Shown: piece after piece, positions 9,008-19,979 of the stretch | How positions within the stretch are numbered: the first letter of the stretch is position 1 | Layout: every line of letters starts with the position of its first letter | NCBI GenBank assembly: GCA_964421045.1 | Contig: CAYQVF010000011.1 | Location: 1,551-65,550 of the forward strand | Length of the DNA: 64,000 bases | Direction of reading: 5' to 3' | DNA from: an uncultured Chromatiaceae bacterium | GTDB taxonomy: Bacteria; Pseudomonadota; Gammaproteobacteria; JAADHS01 | Position numbers and translations under genes: made by a program | The notes under the pieces: model-generated | The model's input: only the letters and a program-made list of their open reading frames with translations | Told to the model about the DNA's origin: nothing | Databases searched by the model: none

Positions 9008-11188
9008 TTATACGGCTTGTAGTTTGGCAAAGGAGAGTGCCAGGATTTTACACCCTACCTGTTCAAACTGAACTTCAACTTGATCGTTGCCATCATGATT
9101 TAGAATAATGCCGGAACCGAATTTTTTGTGCGTAACCGGTTGCCCAATATGAAACCCGCCACAATTCCCTTGCGCTATTTTTCGGGTCGATTTCGGTGTT
9201 GTTGATCTCTTTGCCTGTGGTCTGGAGTTGTAAGCCGGACGAGACACATGCGGTTTTATTTCATGTAATAGCGTCGCGGGTATTTCCTTGAGAAAACGTG
9301 AAGGCAGACAGCTACGTATTTCGCCATGCAGCCTTCTTTGTTCGGCGTGAGTAATGATTAATTTCTGGCAGGCACGGGTGATACCTACATAACAAAGACG
9401 TCGTTCTTCTTCCACTTTTTCCGGGTCATCTTTTGAAAACTGGTGAGGAAAAAGCCCTTCTTCCAGGCCACAAAGAAAGACCAATGGAAACTCCAGACCC
9501 TTGGCGGAATGCAGTGTCATAAGTTGTACACAATCATCCCAGTTCTCAGCTTGAGTACCGCCATTTTCTAAAGCGGTATGTGTTAAAAAAGCAATGAGTG
9601 GGCTTAAGTCTTCCTCAAAGACTTCTTGATTAAACTGCCTGGCGGCATTGCCTAATTCTTCTAGATTTTCTAGGCGTGATTGGGCGCGTTCGCTGTTGTC
9701 TTTTTGTATGTGGTCAAGTAATGTGCTGAGTCGCACGACTGTATCTACTTGTTCACCCAGTGGTAATTCCGTTGTTTGTTCAGTCATGGTATCAATCAGA
9801 TCGAGAAACTGTTTGATGGCATTGGAGGCTCTGGCAGGTAAGCTTTGTTGCTGAATGAGGTTGATTGCCGCTTGCCACAATGGAATCTGTTGTTCACGTG
9901 CAATGTCTCTGATGACGCTGCGACTGCGTTCACCAATGCCGCGCGGTGGGGTATTGAGGGCGCGTTCAAAAGAGGCGTCATCAAGGCGGTTTTCGACGAG
10001 ACGCAGGTAAGCCAGCGCATCTTTAATTTCTGCACGGTCAAAAAAGCGCAAACCACCATAGATCTTATAGGGTATCGCTTGTTGTACCAGCTGTTCTTCA
10101 AATTGTCGTGATTGTGCATTGGAGCGATAAAGTATTGCCGCGTGGCGGCGCAAGTTGCCCTCCGTCATCCATTGTTTAATTTGGTTGATGACAAATCGTG
10201 CTTCATCAATATCATTAAAAGCGCAATAAAGTGTGATGGGTTCACCGGCTTTATCCTGGGTCCACAAGTTTTTTCCCAAACGACGGCCATTATGTTCAAT
10301 CAACGCATTCGCTGCGCTTAATATCGTGCTGGTTGATCGATAATTTTGTTCGAGTCGAATGATGCGGGTGTTTTTATAATCTGTCTCGAAACGCTGTAGA
10401 TTGTCGGCACGTGCGCCTCGCCAGCCATAAATAGACTGGTCATCGTCGCCGACGATAAAAATACTACTCTGGCTGTGACTGAGTAGTCGCAGCCAAGCGT
10501 ATTGTAATGTATTGGTATCTTGAAATTCATCGACCAAAATACAGCGAAATCGTTGACTGTAATGTTCCAGTAGAGCGGGGTTGTCACGCAGCAGCTCATG
10601 AGCTTTGAGCAGCAAATCAGCAAAATCAACCATCCCACTACGCTGGCAGGTCTCATCATAAGTTTTGAATATATGAGTCAGAGCCGCTGTCGTTGGATCG
10701 TCATAGCTTTCAATATTCTGCGCTCGTAAGCCCTGGTCTTTTTTTTGATTGATGAAAAACTGGGTTTTTTTCGGCGGAAAAGTTTCAATATCGTAACCTA
10801 ATTCTTTACTGATGCGCCGAATTAAACGCAGTTGATCGTCAGAGTCTATAATCTGAAAAGACTGGGCTAATTTAGCTTGTTGCCAATGGCTGCGTAGCAA
10901 ACGATGGCTGAGGCCGTGAAAAGTACCTAACCACATGTTTCGAAGTGGCATTTGTAGCATTTTTTCAACCCGGTCGCGCATTTCTTGTGCGGCTTTATTG
11001 GTGAACGTCACAGCCAGTATATTGCTGGGAGAAATGCCCTGTTGTTGTACTAGCCAGGCAATACGATGGACGAGTACACGAGTTTTACCACTGCCGGCAC
11101 CGGCTAAAACAAGAACTGCATTGTCTTCGGTAGAGACAGCGTGGCGTTGCTCGTCATTTAAAATATCGAGTAGTTTATTTGTTTGCAT
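9008..11188 (-). CDS. uvrD: DNA helicase II (UvrD)
   Basis: 726 aa. Contains AGAGSGKTRVL (Walker A), VDEFQDTN and QNYRS, plus a C-terminal FHIGQPVTHKKFGSG tail domain. Confidence 0.9.
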   Translation of the reverse strand: MQTNKLLDILNDEQRHAVSTEDNAVLVLAGAGSGKTRVLVHRIAWLVQQQGISPSNILAVTFTNKAAQEMRDRVEKMLQMPLRNMWLGTFHGLSHRLLRSHWQQAKLAQSFQIIDSDDQLRLIRRISKELGYDIETFPPKKTQFFINQKKDQGLRAQNIESYDDPTTAALTHIFKTYDETCQRSGMVDFADLLLKAHELLRDNPALLEHYSQRFRCILVDEFQDTNTLQYAWLRLLSHSQSSIFIVGDDDQSIYGWRGARADNLQRFETDYKNTRIIRLEQNYRSTSTILSAANALIEHNGRRLGKNLWTQDKAGEPITLYCAFNDIDEARFVINQIKQWMTEGNLRRHAAILYRSNAQSRQFEEQLVQQAIPYKIYGGLRFFDRAEIKDALAYLRLVENRLDDASFERALNTPPRGIGERSRSVIRDIAREQQIPLWQAAINLIQQQSLPARASNAIKQFLDLIDTMTEQTTELPLGEQVDTVVRLSTLLDHIQKDNSERAQSRLENLEELGNAARQFNQEVFEEDLSPLIAFLTHTALENGGTQAENWDDCVQLMTLHSAKGLEFPLVFLCGLEEGLFPHQFSKDDPEKVEEERRLCYVGITRACQKLIITHAEQRRLHGEIRSCLPSRFLKEIPATLLHEIKPHVSRPAYNSRPQAKRSTTPKSTRKIAQGNCGGFHIGQPVTHKKFGSGIILNHDGNDQVEVQFEQVGCKILALSFAKLQAV

Positions 11189-11238
11189 GTGATTTATTTT
11201 ACCGTAGAAGCAGGTTTAAGTGATGGTATCATTAAACA

Positions 11239-12192
11239 ATGAATAAATTGATACCGTTATCCCTTTTTGCCATCTTTGTGTGTTTTGTTCCGATGTCGAT
11301 GGCCTGGGCAAATTTAGAGGCTGGAAACCATATTTTTAAAACTGAAATTAATGGGAAGGAAAGAACCTATATCCTCCATGTTCCGCCTTTATCTTCCGAA
11401 GTGAAGACCTTACCTTTGGTCATCAACTTTCATGGCGGGAAAGACAACGCTCAACAATTTCAGGAAGCGGTGCAAATGGATAAAGTCGCTGACCAAATGG
11501 GCTATGCGGTGGTTTATCCCAATGGCTCCGGAAGATGGAATAAAAAAAAATTGACCTGGAACGCTGGCCAATGTTGCGGGTCAGCCGTGTCGAAAAAAAT
11601 AGATGATGTTGCTTTTGTACGGCAACTTGTTCGTGATGTTGCGCAATATATTCCTTTGGATCGTGAGCGAGTCTATACCACCGGTTTTGACAATGGTGGC
11701 ATGATGGCGTACCGGTTGGCGATCGAAGCGGCTGACTTGATTGCGGCGGTTGCTCCTGTTGCGGGATCCATCGCCCTGGAGCAGTTTGCGCCGACCCGAT
11801 TTGTACCGGTAATGCATGTGCACAGTATTGATGATTCTCAAGCGCCCTATAAAGGTCGCACCACCGGCTTTCTCTTTAATAAGGTGGTGCATACCAGTGT
11901 GGCAGAGAATATAGAGCAGTGGGCTAAATTTAATCAATGCACGTCGAAGTATGACGTGGCTCGTTCTATCATCGGTGGTTTGGGAACAAGCTATGCGGGA
12001 CAAAAGGCAAATTTAATCGTTTATTCCGGTTGTGAACAAGGGGCCGAAGTCTCTTTGTGGCAATTGCAAGGGATCGACCATGAATGGCCAGGTGCCCCCT
12101 TGGCGACCCAGCTTATTAATGCGAATAAGGAAATATTGCAATTTTTTTCCCGTTTTCGTCGCCAAAGTAATGGTCAAATCTCATTGCAGTAG
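11239..12192 (+). CDS. LpqC/PHB-depolymerase-family alpha/beta-hydrolase-like secreted protein with a non-canonical nucleophile position
   Basis: Signal peptide present. Family-like blocks are PLVINFHGG, TWNAGQCCG, DDVAFVRQL and RVYTTGFDNGGMMAYRLA. Asp occupies the position where Ser is expected. Confidence 0.7.
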   Translation: MNKLIPLSLFAIFVCFVPMSMAWANLEAGNHIFKTEINGKERTYILHVPPLSSEVKTLPLVINFHGGKDNAQQFQEAVQMDKVADQMGYAVVYPNGSGRWNKKKLTWNAGQCCGSAVSKKIDDVAFVRQLVRDVAQYIPLDRERVYTTGFDNGGMMAYRLAIEAADLIAAVAPVAGSIALEQFAPTRFVPVMHVHSIDDSQAPYKGRTTGFLFNKVVHTSVAENIEQWAKFNQCTSKYDVARSIIGGLGTSYAGQKANLIVYSGCEQGAEVSLWQLQGIDHEWPGAPLATQLINANKEILQFFSRFRRQSNGQISLQ

Positions 12193-12454
12193 TGATTTTT
12201 TTTCAACGAAGCGAAAGGAGTGATGAGTCATACTCTATAACAATCAATATCTTTTCCGAGCATTGATCTATTCCATATTATAATGTTTTTATAAGCTGCT
12301 GATTGTCTATATTCTTCGAGTATTTAATCTCCTTGAGGATTTAGGCATGTTGTTCTATTTTGTGGTAATATTTGCCGCTTCGCTTACGGCTGAGCCAGGC
12401 GGGATTCTTAAAAAATAACTCTAAAGCAAACTTAAATTTTACGAGGAGAGACAC

Positions 12455-14452
12455 ATGCCCTCACGAAGAGAGCTAGCCAACGCTATTCGCGCATTAAGTA
12501 TGGACGCCGTTCAGAAAGCAAATTCTGGGCATCCTGGAGCCCCGATGGGGATGGCGGACATAGCGGAGGTATTGTGGAACGATTTTATGCAGCACAACCC
12601 AACTAATCCAGACTGGGCAGATCGCGATCGTTTCATCTTGTCTAATGGTCATGGCTCCATGCTGATTTATTCTTTATTACATTTGACGGGCTATGATTTG
12701 TCTATGGATGATCTTAAGCAGTTTCGTCAAATGCATTCCAAAACGCCAGGCCACCCGGAATATGGTTATGCGCCCGGTGTGGAGACGACCACCGGCCCAC
12801 TCGGTCAGGGTATTACTAATGGTGTGGGTATGGCGTTGGCAGAAAAAGTACTGGCTGGCCAATTTAACAAAGATAAACATAATATTGTCGACCACTTTAC
12901 CTATGTCTTTCTGGGTGATGGCTGTTTAATGGAAGGAATCTCCCATGAAGCTTGCTCTCTTGCGGGGACACTGGGTCTTGGCAAGCTTGTTGCTTTCTGG
13001 GACGATAACGGTATTTCAATCGATGGCCATGTTGAAGGCTGGTTTACGGATGATACACCCAAGCGTTTTGAATCCTATGGCTGGCATGTTGTTGCCGATG
13101 TGGATGGCCACGACCCTGAAGCAATCAAAAAAGCAGTGATAGAAGCACGCTCAATTCATGACAAACCTTCCTTGATATGTTGTAAAACTGTCATTGGCTT
13201 TGGTTCGCCCAATAAGTCGGGCAGTCACGATTGTCATGGTGCGGCACTCGGCGACGAAGAAGTGCAAGCAACCCGAGAAAATTTGGGCTGGAAATATGAA
13301 CCCTTTGTTATTCCAGAAAATATTTCTTCTGGCTGGAGCGCTAAAGAAAAAGGCGCACAAGCAGAGCAAGCCTGGAATGATAAGTTTGCGGCCTATAAAG
13401 CAGCTTACCCCGAACTTGCGTCTGAATTTGAGCGACGCATAGTGGGCGATTTACCCAGTGATTGGACACAAAAATCAGCTGATTTCATCAACGCAGTTCA
13501 TGTTAAAGCTGAGAAAATAGCGTCTCGTAAAGCATCGCAAAATGCCTTGAATGGCTATGGTCCCGTATTACCTGAGTTGCTGGGTGGCTCGGCTGATTTG
13601 GCCGGTTCAAATTTGACCTTATGGTCTGGCTCGAAAAGCATCAGCAAGAGCGAAACGGATGGCAATTACATTCACTACGGTGTACGTGAATTCGGTATGG
13701 CAGCCATTATGAATGGGGCTGCTTTGCATGGCGGTTTCATTCCCTACGGTGCTACTTTTCTGATGTTTTCTGAGTATGCCAGAAATGCATTACGCATGGC
13801 TGCTTTAATGAAAGTACGTAGCTTGTTTGTTTTTACCCATGACTCTATTGGTTTGGGTGAAGATGGGCCAACACACCAAGGTGTTGAACAAACCGCAACG
13901 TTGCGTTATATCCCGAATATGTCGGTATGGCGACCTGCCGATGCGGTGGAGTCAGCGGTTTCATGGCAAGCGGCTATCGAACGTAGTGATGGGCCAACAA
14001 GCTTGATTTTTTCTCGCCAGGGTTTACCACATCAGGAACGCGATAACGCAACATTGAAAAACATCAGTCGGGGTGGATATACTTTACTAGAAAGTGAAGG
14101 GACACCCGAGGCGATTATCATTGCCACTGGTTCCGAAGTGGGGCTGGCCATGGATGCAGCAAAAGTATTGATTGAAAAAGGTCGCAAGATACGCGTGGTT
14201 TCGATGCCGTCAACGGATGTATTCGATGCTCAGGATGAGAGCTATAAAGAGCAAGTGTTACCCAATGCAGTTAGAGCTCGCGTAGCTGTTGAGGCAGGAA
14301 CAGCGGATTATTGGATGAAGTATGTTGGTTTTGATGGCAAAGTAATTGGTATGACCACCTTCGGTGAATCAGCGCCTATTGATGACCTGATGAAACATTT
14401 TGGCTTTACGGTTGAAAATGTTGTTGAAGCGGTCGAAGCGGTTTGCAGTTAA
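12455..14452 (+). CDS. tkt: Transketolase
   Basis: 665 aa. Contains [34 protein letters not shown] and [15 protein letters not shown]. Confidence 0.96.
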   Translation: MPSRRELANAIRALSMDAVQKANSGHPGAPMGMADIAEVLWNDFMQHNPTNPDWADRDRFILSNGHGSMLIYSLLHLTGYDLSMDDLKQFRQMHSKTPGHPEYGYAPGVETTTGPLGQGITNGVGMALAEKVLAGQFNKDKHNIVDHFTYVFLGDGCLMEGISHEACSLAGTLGLGKLVAFWDDNGISIDGHVEGWFTDDTPKRFESYGWHVVADVDGHDPEAIKKAVIEARSIHDKPSLICCKTVIGFGSPNKSGSHDCHGAALGDEEVQATRENLGWKYEPFVIPENISSGWSAKEKGAQAEQAWNDKFAAYKAAYPELASEFERRIVGDLPSDWTQKSADFINAVHVKAEKIASRKASQNALNGYGPVLPELLGGSADLAGSNLTLWSGSKSISKSETDGNYIHYGVREFGMAAIMNGAALHGGFIPYGATFLMFSEYARNALRMAALMKVRSLFVFTHDSIGLGEDGPTHQGVEQTATLRYIPNMSVWRPADAVESAVSWQAAIERSDGPTSLIFSRQGLPHQERDNATLKNISRGGYTLLESEGTPEAIIIATGSEVGLAMDAAKVLIEKGRKIRVVSMPSTDVFDAQDESYKEQVLPNAVRARVAVEAGTADYWMKYVGFDGKVIGMTTFGESAPIDDLMKHFGFTVENVVEAVEAVCS

Positions 14453-14461
14453 TAAAAAATA

Positions 14462-14620
14462 TACCCGTGGTGTTTGAGGTCTAGGTATTAGTGTACGTTC
14501 AATTCATTTCATGAGCAGGAAAAATTCCTTGCAATAGCGAGCTATTATGAGGAATTTTAACGCCGCTATGGAATGAAGAGGACGTGCATGCAACACGATC
14601 TAAGCTTCAGTCATGGGGTA
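14462..14620. repeat. 159-bp imperfect palindromic MITE-like element with TA flanks
   Basis: The left arm TACCCGTGGTGTTTGAGG...CATTTCATGAGCAGGAAAAATTCCT pairs imperfectly with the right arm AGGAATTTTAACGCCGCTATGGAATG...TCATGGGGTA. TA dinucleotides lie at 14460-61 and 14621-22. Confidence 0.45.
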
Positions 14621-14640
14621 TATACGCTGGACTCGCTGTA

Positions 14641-14677
14641 AAGGATGAAACTGTAGTAGTTTCATCCTTCGCCTTTT
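14641..14677 (+). terminator. Candidate tkt terminator hairpin
   Basis: AAGGATGAAACT-gtagt-AGTTTCATCCTT forms a 12-bp stem, followed by cgccTTTT. Confidence 0.4.
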
Positions 14678-14902
14678 CAGATACAGAATTCGTAACGATT
14701 CAGAGAGCAGTCAAGATCACATAGTCACTGTTCAGATTGCCACTGAAATATGTCAGCTCAAGGCGAAAAATGTCAATTTACTAAAGGTAAATAATTATTT
14801 TTCCTGGGAGGCTAGTCCCTTGAGGGGCCACGCAAAAAATAGCGGATTTCAGTGAGTCAATACCAGAATTTTTTATTTTTTAAAACCTTTGGAGAGCTAT
14901 AA

Positions 14903-15907
14903 ATGACGATTAGAGTAGGTATAAATGGGTTTGGCCGTATTGGTCGTATGGCATTTCGTGCAGTCGCGCAAGAATTTCAAGATATGGAAATAGTGGCGAT
15001 TAACGACTTGCTGGATGCAGATTATTTGGCGTATATGCTGCAATATGACTCCGTACACGGTCGCTTTGACGGTGAAATTTCTGTAGATAATGGCAGCTTG
15101 ATTGTCAACGGCAACAAAATTCGTTTGACCGCTGAACGAAATCCTGCTGATCTCAAATGGGGTGATGTTAACGTTGATGTTGTTCTTGAATGTACGGGTT
15201 TTTTCCTAACAGAAGAAACGTGCCAGGCGCATATTGATGCGGGTGCTAAGAAAGTGGTTCAATCTGCTCCCTCTAAAGATGCTACGCCCATGTTTGTTTT
15301 TGGTGTTAATCACAACACTTATGCCGGTCAAAATATTGTTTCTGCGGCATCTTGTACCACGAACTGTCTAGCGCCTTTGGCGAAGGTGATTAATGATAAA
15401 TTTGGTATCAAGCGAGGTTTGATGACCACAGTTCATGCGGCTACCGCAACTCAAAAAACGGTAGATGGCCCTTCAATGAAAGATTGGCGCGGTGGCCGGG
15501 GTATTTTGGAAAATATTATTCCTTCCTCTACGGGGGCGGCTAAAGCTGTTGGTGTTGTGCTTCCAGAGTTAAATGGCAAATTGACGGGTATGGCTTTCCG
15601 TATACCAACCTCAGATGTTTCTGTAGTTGATTTGACTGTAGAGTTGAACAGCGAAGCGTCTTACGAGCAAATCTGTGCAACGATGAAAGCGGCTTCTGAG
15701 TCTGGCGACATGAGTCAAACTTTAGCTTATACCGATGATAAGGTTGTTTCTACAGACTTTCGTGGTGTGGGTTATTCTTCAATTTTTGATGCCGGAGCCG
15801 GTATTGCACTCGATGGTACGTTTGTTAAATTGGTCGCCTGGTACGATAACGAATATGGTTACACCTGCAACATGATGCGTTTTGTACGCCATGTAGCAAC
15901 ATCGTAA
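14903..15907 (+). CDS. gap: Glyceraldehyde-3-phosphate dehydrogenase
   Basis: Contains INGFGRIGR and the SCTTNCLAP active site. 334 aa. Confidence 0.96.
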   Translation: MTIRVGINGFGRIGRMAFRAVAQEFQDMEIVAINDLLDADYLAYMLQYDSVHGRFDGEISVDNGSLIVNGNKIRLTAERNPADLKWGDVNVDVVLECTGFFLTEETCQAHIDAGAKKVVQSAPSKDATPMFVFGVNHNTYAGQNIVSAASCTTNCLAPLAKVINDKFGIKRGLMTTVHAATATQKTVDGPSMKDWRGGRGILENIIPSSTGAAKAVGVVLPELNGKLTGMAFRIPTSDVSVVDLTVELNSEASYEQICATMKAASESGDMSQTLAYTDDKVVSTDFRGVGYSSIFDAGAGIALDGTFVKLVAWYDNEYGYTCNMMRFVRHVATS

Positions 15908-16060
15908 AAGCGATTTGAATCGCGACAAAATAAAATATCGCTCCTGCACTCTGGTTAAGCAGAGGTTTTTGCAGGCGCGGCCTTTTAGCTGAAAACAGGT
16001 TGGTTTGATAGTGAGAAATTGCCTTGCATGGTTTTCAGGATAAGTTTTTAGGAGTGCATG

Positions 16061-17236
16061 ATGTCTGTAATCAAAATGGTTGATTTAGATCTAGCCGGCA
16101 AACGAGTGTTAATTCGCCAAGATTTAAACGTGCCAATAAAAGAGGGGGTTGTGACGTCTGATGCGCGTATTCGTGCATCGTTACCGACGATACAAAAAGC
16201 GTTGGCCGCAGGTGCGAAGGTGATGATTATGTCGCACCTGGGACGGCCTGTTGAAGGTGAGTATGCTGAAGCATTTTCTTTGGCACCCGTTGCGAAACAC
16301 CTGGCTGGTTTGTTAGGCAAGGACGTCGGTGTGGTGAAAGACTATTTAAATGGTGTTGAGCTTAACGATGGTGACGTCGTTGTCCTTGAGAACGTTCGTT
16401 TTAATGTTGGCGAAAAGAAGAACGATGATATTTTGGCAAAAAAATACGCCGCTCTGTGTGATGTATTTGTGATGGATGCCTTTGGTACGGCTCATCGTGC
16501 GCAAGGTTCGACTCATGGTGTGTCTAAGTTTGCCACCACAGCTTGCGCGGGTCCGTTATTGGCGGGTGAGTTAGAAGCACTGGGTAAAGCACTTGATAGT
16601 CCAGCTCGCCCTATGGTTGCTATTGTTGGCGGCTCTAAAGTCTCGACAAAATTGACTGTTCTGCAGTCACTCTCCAAAGTGGTTGATCAGCTCGTTGTAG
16701 GAGGCGGCATTGCCAACACTTTTATTGCCGCAGCAGGGCATAATGTAGGCAAATCGCTTTATGAAGCAGACCTCACCGATACTGCCAATAAACTGAGTGC
16801 AGATGCTAAAGCACGAGGGGGGGATATCCCAGTTCCTGTTGATGTTATTTGTGGAAAAGAATTCTCTGAAACCGCAGTAGCGACGTTGAAAACAGTCGCA
16901 GAGGTTGATGATGATGATATGATTTTTGACATTGGCCCGGATAGTGCCGCAGCGTTGGCGGAAGTGATAAAAAACGCAGGGACGATTGTTTGGAATGGTC
17001 CTGTTGGCGTTTTTGAATTTGACCAGTTTGGCGAAGGTACGAAATCAATTGCTATAGCGATTGCAGAAAGTTCAGCATTTTCTATCGCTGGTGGTGGGGA
17101 CACGTTGGCCGCGGTTGATAAATACGATATTGCGGATAAAATCTCTTATATCTCTACTGGCGGTGGCGCCTTCCTTGAGTTTTTAGAAGGTAAAAAACTA
17201 CCTGCTGTTGCCATACTGGAAGAACGAGCTAAATAG
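16061..17236 (+). CDS. pgk: Phosphoglycerate kinase
   Basis: The N-terminus [25 protein letters not shown] matches the classic Pgk N-terminus. AGGAG lies 6 nt upstream of the ATG at 16061 (the track start is 16058). Confidence 0.95.
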   Translation: MSVIKMVDLDLAGKRVLIRQDLNVPIKEGVVTSDARIRASLPTIQKALAAGAKVMIMSHLGRPVEGEYAEAFSLAPVAKHLAGLLGKDVGVVKDYLNGVELNDGDVVVLENVRFNVGEKKNDDILAKKYAALCDVFVMDAFGTAHRAQGSTHGVSKFATTACAGPLLAGELEALGKALDSPARPMVAIVGGSKVSTKLTVLQSLSKVVDQLVVGGGIANTFIAAAGHNVGKSLYEADLTDTANKLSADAKARGGDIPVPVDVICGKEFSETAVATLKTVAEVDDDDMIFDIGPDSAAALAEVIKNAGTIVWNGPVGVFEFDQFGEGTKSIAIAIAESSAFSIAGGGDTLAAVDKYDIADKISYISTGGGAFLEFLEGKKLPAVAILEERAK

Positions 17237-17286
17237 CGAATACTCAAAAACCGTCTGTCTATATTTGAAAATTTAAAGAGCGTTTA

Positions 17287-18729
17287 ATGCTACGAAGAAC
17301 AAAAATAGTTGCAACCCTGGGTCCGGCTTCTGAAAGTAAGGCGGTGATTGATGACATGATAGAAGCGGGTCTGGACGTGGTACGCCTTAATTTTTCTCAT
17401 GGGAACGCTGAAGATCATATTGCCAGAGCGGCGTTAGTGAGAGAGCGGGCAGCAGCAAATGGTCGTCCGATCGGCGTTCTCGTTGATTTGCAGGGGCCGA
17501 AAATTCGTATTGATCGCTTCAAAGACGGAAAAATAGAGCTGGTTGAAGGCGAACAGTTTGTTCTTGATATTCATCATGATCCACTTAATGGTACCCAGGA
17601 AAGAGTCGGGGTGACATATAAAAAACTGGCAGATGATGTCAGTCGAGGCGACACGTTATTACTTGATGATGGCCGTGTCACTTTGTGGGTGGAGGAGGTC
17701 GTTGACGGAGAGGTTCGTTGTAAGGTTGTATTGGGGGGGGCTCTTTCAAATAATAAAGGGATCAATCGTCAAGGTGGTGGTCTATCAGCCGATGCGATCA
17801 CACAAAAAGATCGCGAAGACATTAAGACAGCTGCAGAAATTCAAGCGGACTATGTTGCGATCTCTTTTCCTCGTTGTGCTGCTGATGTTAATCTGGCGCG
17901 TCAGTTACTTCGTGAAGCAGGTGGACACGGTAGCATCGTTTCAAAAATTGAACGGGCTGAGGCGGTAGATGATCTGGAAGCCATTGTCGCAGCATCAGAT
18001 GTCGTCATGGTTGCGCGTGGCGATTTGGGTGTTGAAATCGGAGATGCTGAGCTGCCTTCGGTACAAAAAAAGATCATTAAAATGGCCAGATCAATGGATA
18101 CGATCGCAATTACTGCGACGCAAATGATGGAATCAATGATTGAAAGTCCGATTCCCACTCGGGCGGAAGTTTTTGATGTTGCCAATGCGGTGCTAGATGG
18201 TACCGATGCCGTTATGTTGTCAGCCGAAACTGCCGCTGGAAAGTATCCGGCCAAAGCCGTTGCTGCGATGGATCGGGTGTGTCGCAGAGCGGAACATCAG
18301 CCTTTGGCAAAAGTGTCTGATCATCGTATCAATACGCAATTTGCACGTGTCGATGAAGCCATTGCTATGGCAACAATGTATACGGCGAATCATGTCGGAG
18401 TAAAAGCAATAGCTGCATTAACCGAATCAGGTTCAACCCCTTTATGGATGTCTCGTATTAGTTCCAGTATTCCTATTTATGCACTCACGCCTCACAGTAA
18501 AACACAGCAGAAAGTGACATTATTCAGAGGCGTTTACCCTGTTAAGTTTGATATCAGTACAACGGATCATGCATTGGCTAATAAAAAAGCCGTTGCTGAA
18601 TTAGTTCGTCGCGGCGTGGTGAGCGATGGCGACCTGGTCATTATCTCTAAAGGTGACCTTGTAGGTATAGGTGGGGGGACTAATGCCATGAAAATTGTCC
18701 GTGTTGGCGATATGGTGGAGCCTCAGTAG
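17287..18729 (+). CDS. pyk: Pyruvate kinase
   Basis: Contains TKIVATLGPAS, RLNFSHG and MVARGDLGVE. 480 aa. Confidence 0.95.
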   Translation: MLRRTKIVATLGPASESKAVIDDMIEAGLDVVRLNFSHGNAEDHIARAALVRERAAANGRPIGVLVDLQGPKIRIDRFKDGKIELVEGEQFVLDIHHDPLNGTQERVGVTYKKLADDVSRGDTLLLDDGRVTLWVEEVVDGEVRCKVVLGGALSNNKGINRQGGGLSADAITQKDREDIKTAAEIQADYVAISFPRCAADVNLARQLLREAGGHGSIVSKIERAEAVDDLEAIVAASDVVMVARGDLGVEIGDAELPSVQKKIIKMARSMDTIAITATQMMESMIESPIPTRAEVFDVANAVLDGTDAVMLSAETAAGKYPAKAVAAMDRVCRRAEHQPLAKVSDHRINTQFARVDEAIAMATMYTANHVGVKAIAALTESGSTPLWMSRISSSIPIYALTPHSKTQQKVTLFRGVYPVKFDISTTDHALANKKAVAELVRRGVVSDGDLVIISKGDLVGIGGGTNAMKIVRVGDMVEPQ

Positions 18730-18787
18730 GCTATTATTTTTTCAGAACAATAATTTTTTAATTGAATCACTATAAGGAGATTTTTTT

Positions 18788-19852
18788 ATGGCTCTTATAT
18801 CATTGCGCCAGCTTTTAGATCATGCAGCAGAAAACGATTACGGTGTTCCCGCTTTTAACGTGAATAATATGGAGCAAGTTCACGCTATCATGCAAGCGGC
18901 TGATGCGGTGAATAGCCCGGTTATTATGCAAGGTTCAGCCGGTGCGCGTAATTATGCGGGCGAACCTTTTCTACGCCATTTAATTTTAGCTGCCACGGAG
19001 CAATACCCTCATATCCCGGTTGTAATGCATCAAGATCACGGTTCAGAGCCGGCGATTTGTCTGCGTTCAATTCAGTCTGGTTTTTCTTCTGTCATGATGG
19101 ATGGTTCTTTAATGGCGGATATGAAGACCCCTTCTTCCTTTGAATACAATGTTGATGTGACTCGTGAAGTGGTGAAAATGGCTCATGCCGGTGGCGTTTC
19201 TGTGGAAGGTGAGCTGGGTTGCTTAGGGTCACTTGAAACGGGTGAAATGGGCGAAGAAGACGGTCACGGTGCGGTAGGGAAGCTGGATATGGATCAATTA
19301 TTAACTGACCCAGAAGAAGCCGCTGACTTTGTTAAAAAAACGGGTGTTGATGCTTTGGCGATTGCGATTGGTACCTCTCATGGTGCCTATAAATTTTCAT
19401 CCAAGCCGACGGGTAAAATTTTGAGACTGGATCGTGTGAAAGAAATTCATGAACGTATTCCCTCTGTTCACCTGGTTATGCATGGTTCTTCTTCTGTTCC
19501 CCAGGAATGGTTAGAAATTATCAATAACTATGGTGGTGATATGGGTCAAACATATGGTGTGCCCGTTTCAGAAATTGTTGATGGCATCAAAAATGGTGTG
19601 CGTAAAGTTAACATCGATACGGATCTACGTATGGCTTCTACGGGTGCCGTTCGCAAACATCTTAAAGAAAATGCGGCAAACTTCGATCCTCGTAAATTTC
19701 TTAAAGAAGCGACCAAAGCCATGTCAGAAATTTGTAAAGCTCGATATGAAGCATTTGGTGCAGCAGGACAAGCTTCGAAAATCAAAATAGTTTCTTTGGA
19801 TGACATGGTGGCTCGCTATGCCACTGGAGAACTGGATCCAAAAGTAAACTAA
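18788..19852 (+). CDS. fba: Class II fructose-1,6-bisphosphate aldolase (long FbaA/CbbA-like type)
   Basis: Contains [17 protein letters not shown] and [11 protein letters not shown]. 354 aa. Confidence 0.95.
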   Translation: MALISLRQLLDHAAENDYGVPAFNVNNMEQVHAIMQAADAVNSPVIMQGSAGARNYAGEPFLRHLILAATEQYPHIPVVMHQDHGSEPAICLRSIQSGFSSVMMDGSLMADMKTPSSFEYNVDVTREVVKMAHAGGVSVEGELGCLGSLETGEMGEEDGHGAVGKLDMDQLLTDPEEAADFVKKTGVDALAIAIGTSHGAYKFSSKPTGKILRLDRVKEIHERIPSVHLVMHGSSSVPQEWLEIINNYGGDMGQTYGVPVSEIVDGIKNGVRKVNIDTDLRMASTGAVRKHLKENAANFDPRKFLKEATKAMSEICKARYEAFGAAGQASKIKIVSLDDMVARYATGELDPKVN

Positions 19853-19866
19853 ACAACTGCCTAGCT

Positions 19867-19909
19867 AGCCCTGCTATCATCTTGTACAGTTAGATAGCAG
19901 GGCTTTTTG
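19867..19909. terminator. Bidirectional rho-independent terminator between the convergent fba and TPR genes
   Basis: AGCCCTGCTATC (19867-19878) pairs perfectly with GATAGCAGGGCT (19893-19904) around a 14-nt loop. A TTTTT run follows. Confidence 0.7.
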
Positions 19910-19979
19910 CGTTTCTAAGGGGGGTATTTTATGAAGCGATACCACAAGATAGTTGTGTCGGATTAAGTCGAAACTAATA

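Noticed and set aside
12193-12454. Scan of intergenic regions for tRNA/rRNA genes (12193-12454, 42471-42719, 46926-47152, 57712-57921, 61798-62239, 62954-63490)
   Set aside because: I could not find a T-arm-like GGTTCGAATCC-type motif or a cloverleaf-compatible segment by eye. A tRNAscan or Infernal run would be needed to be certain.
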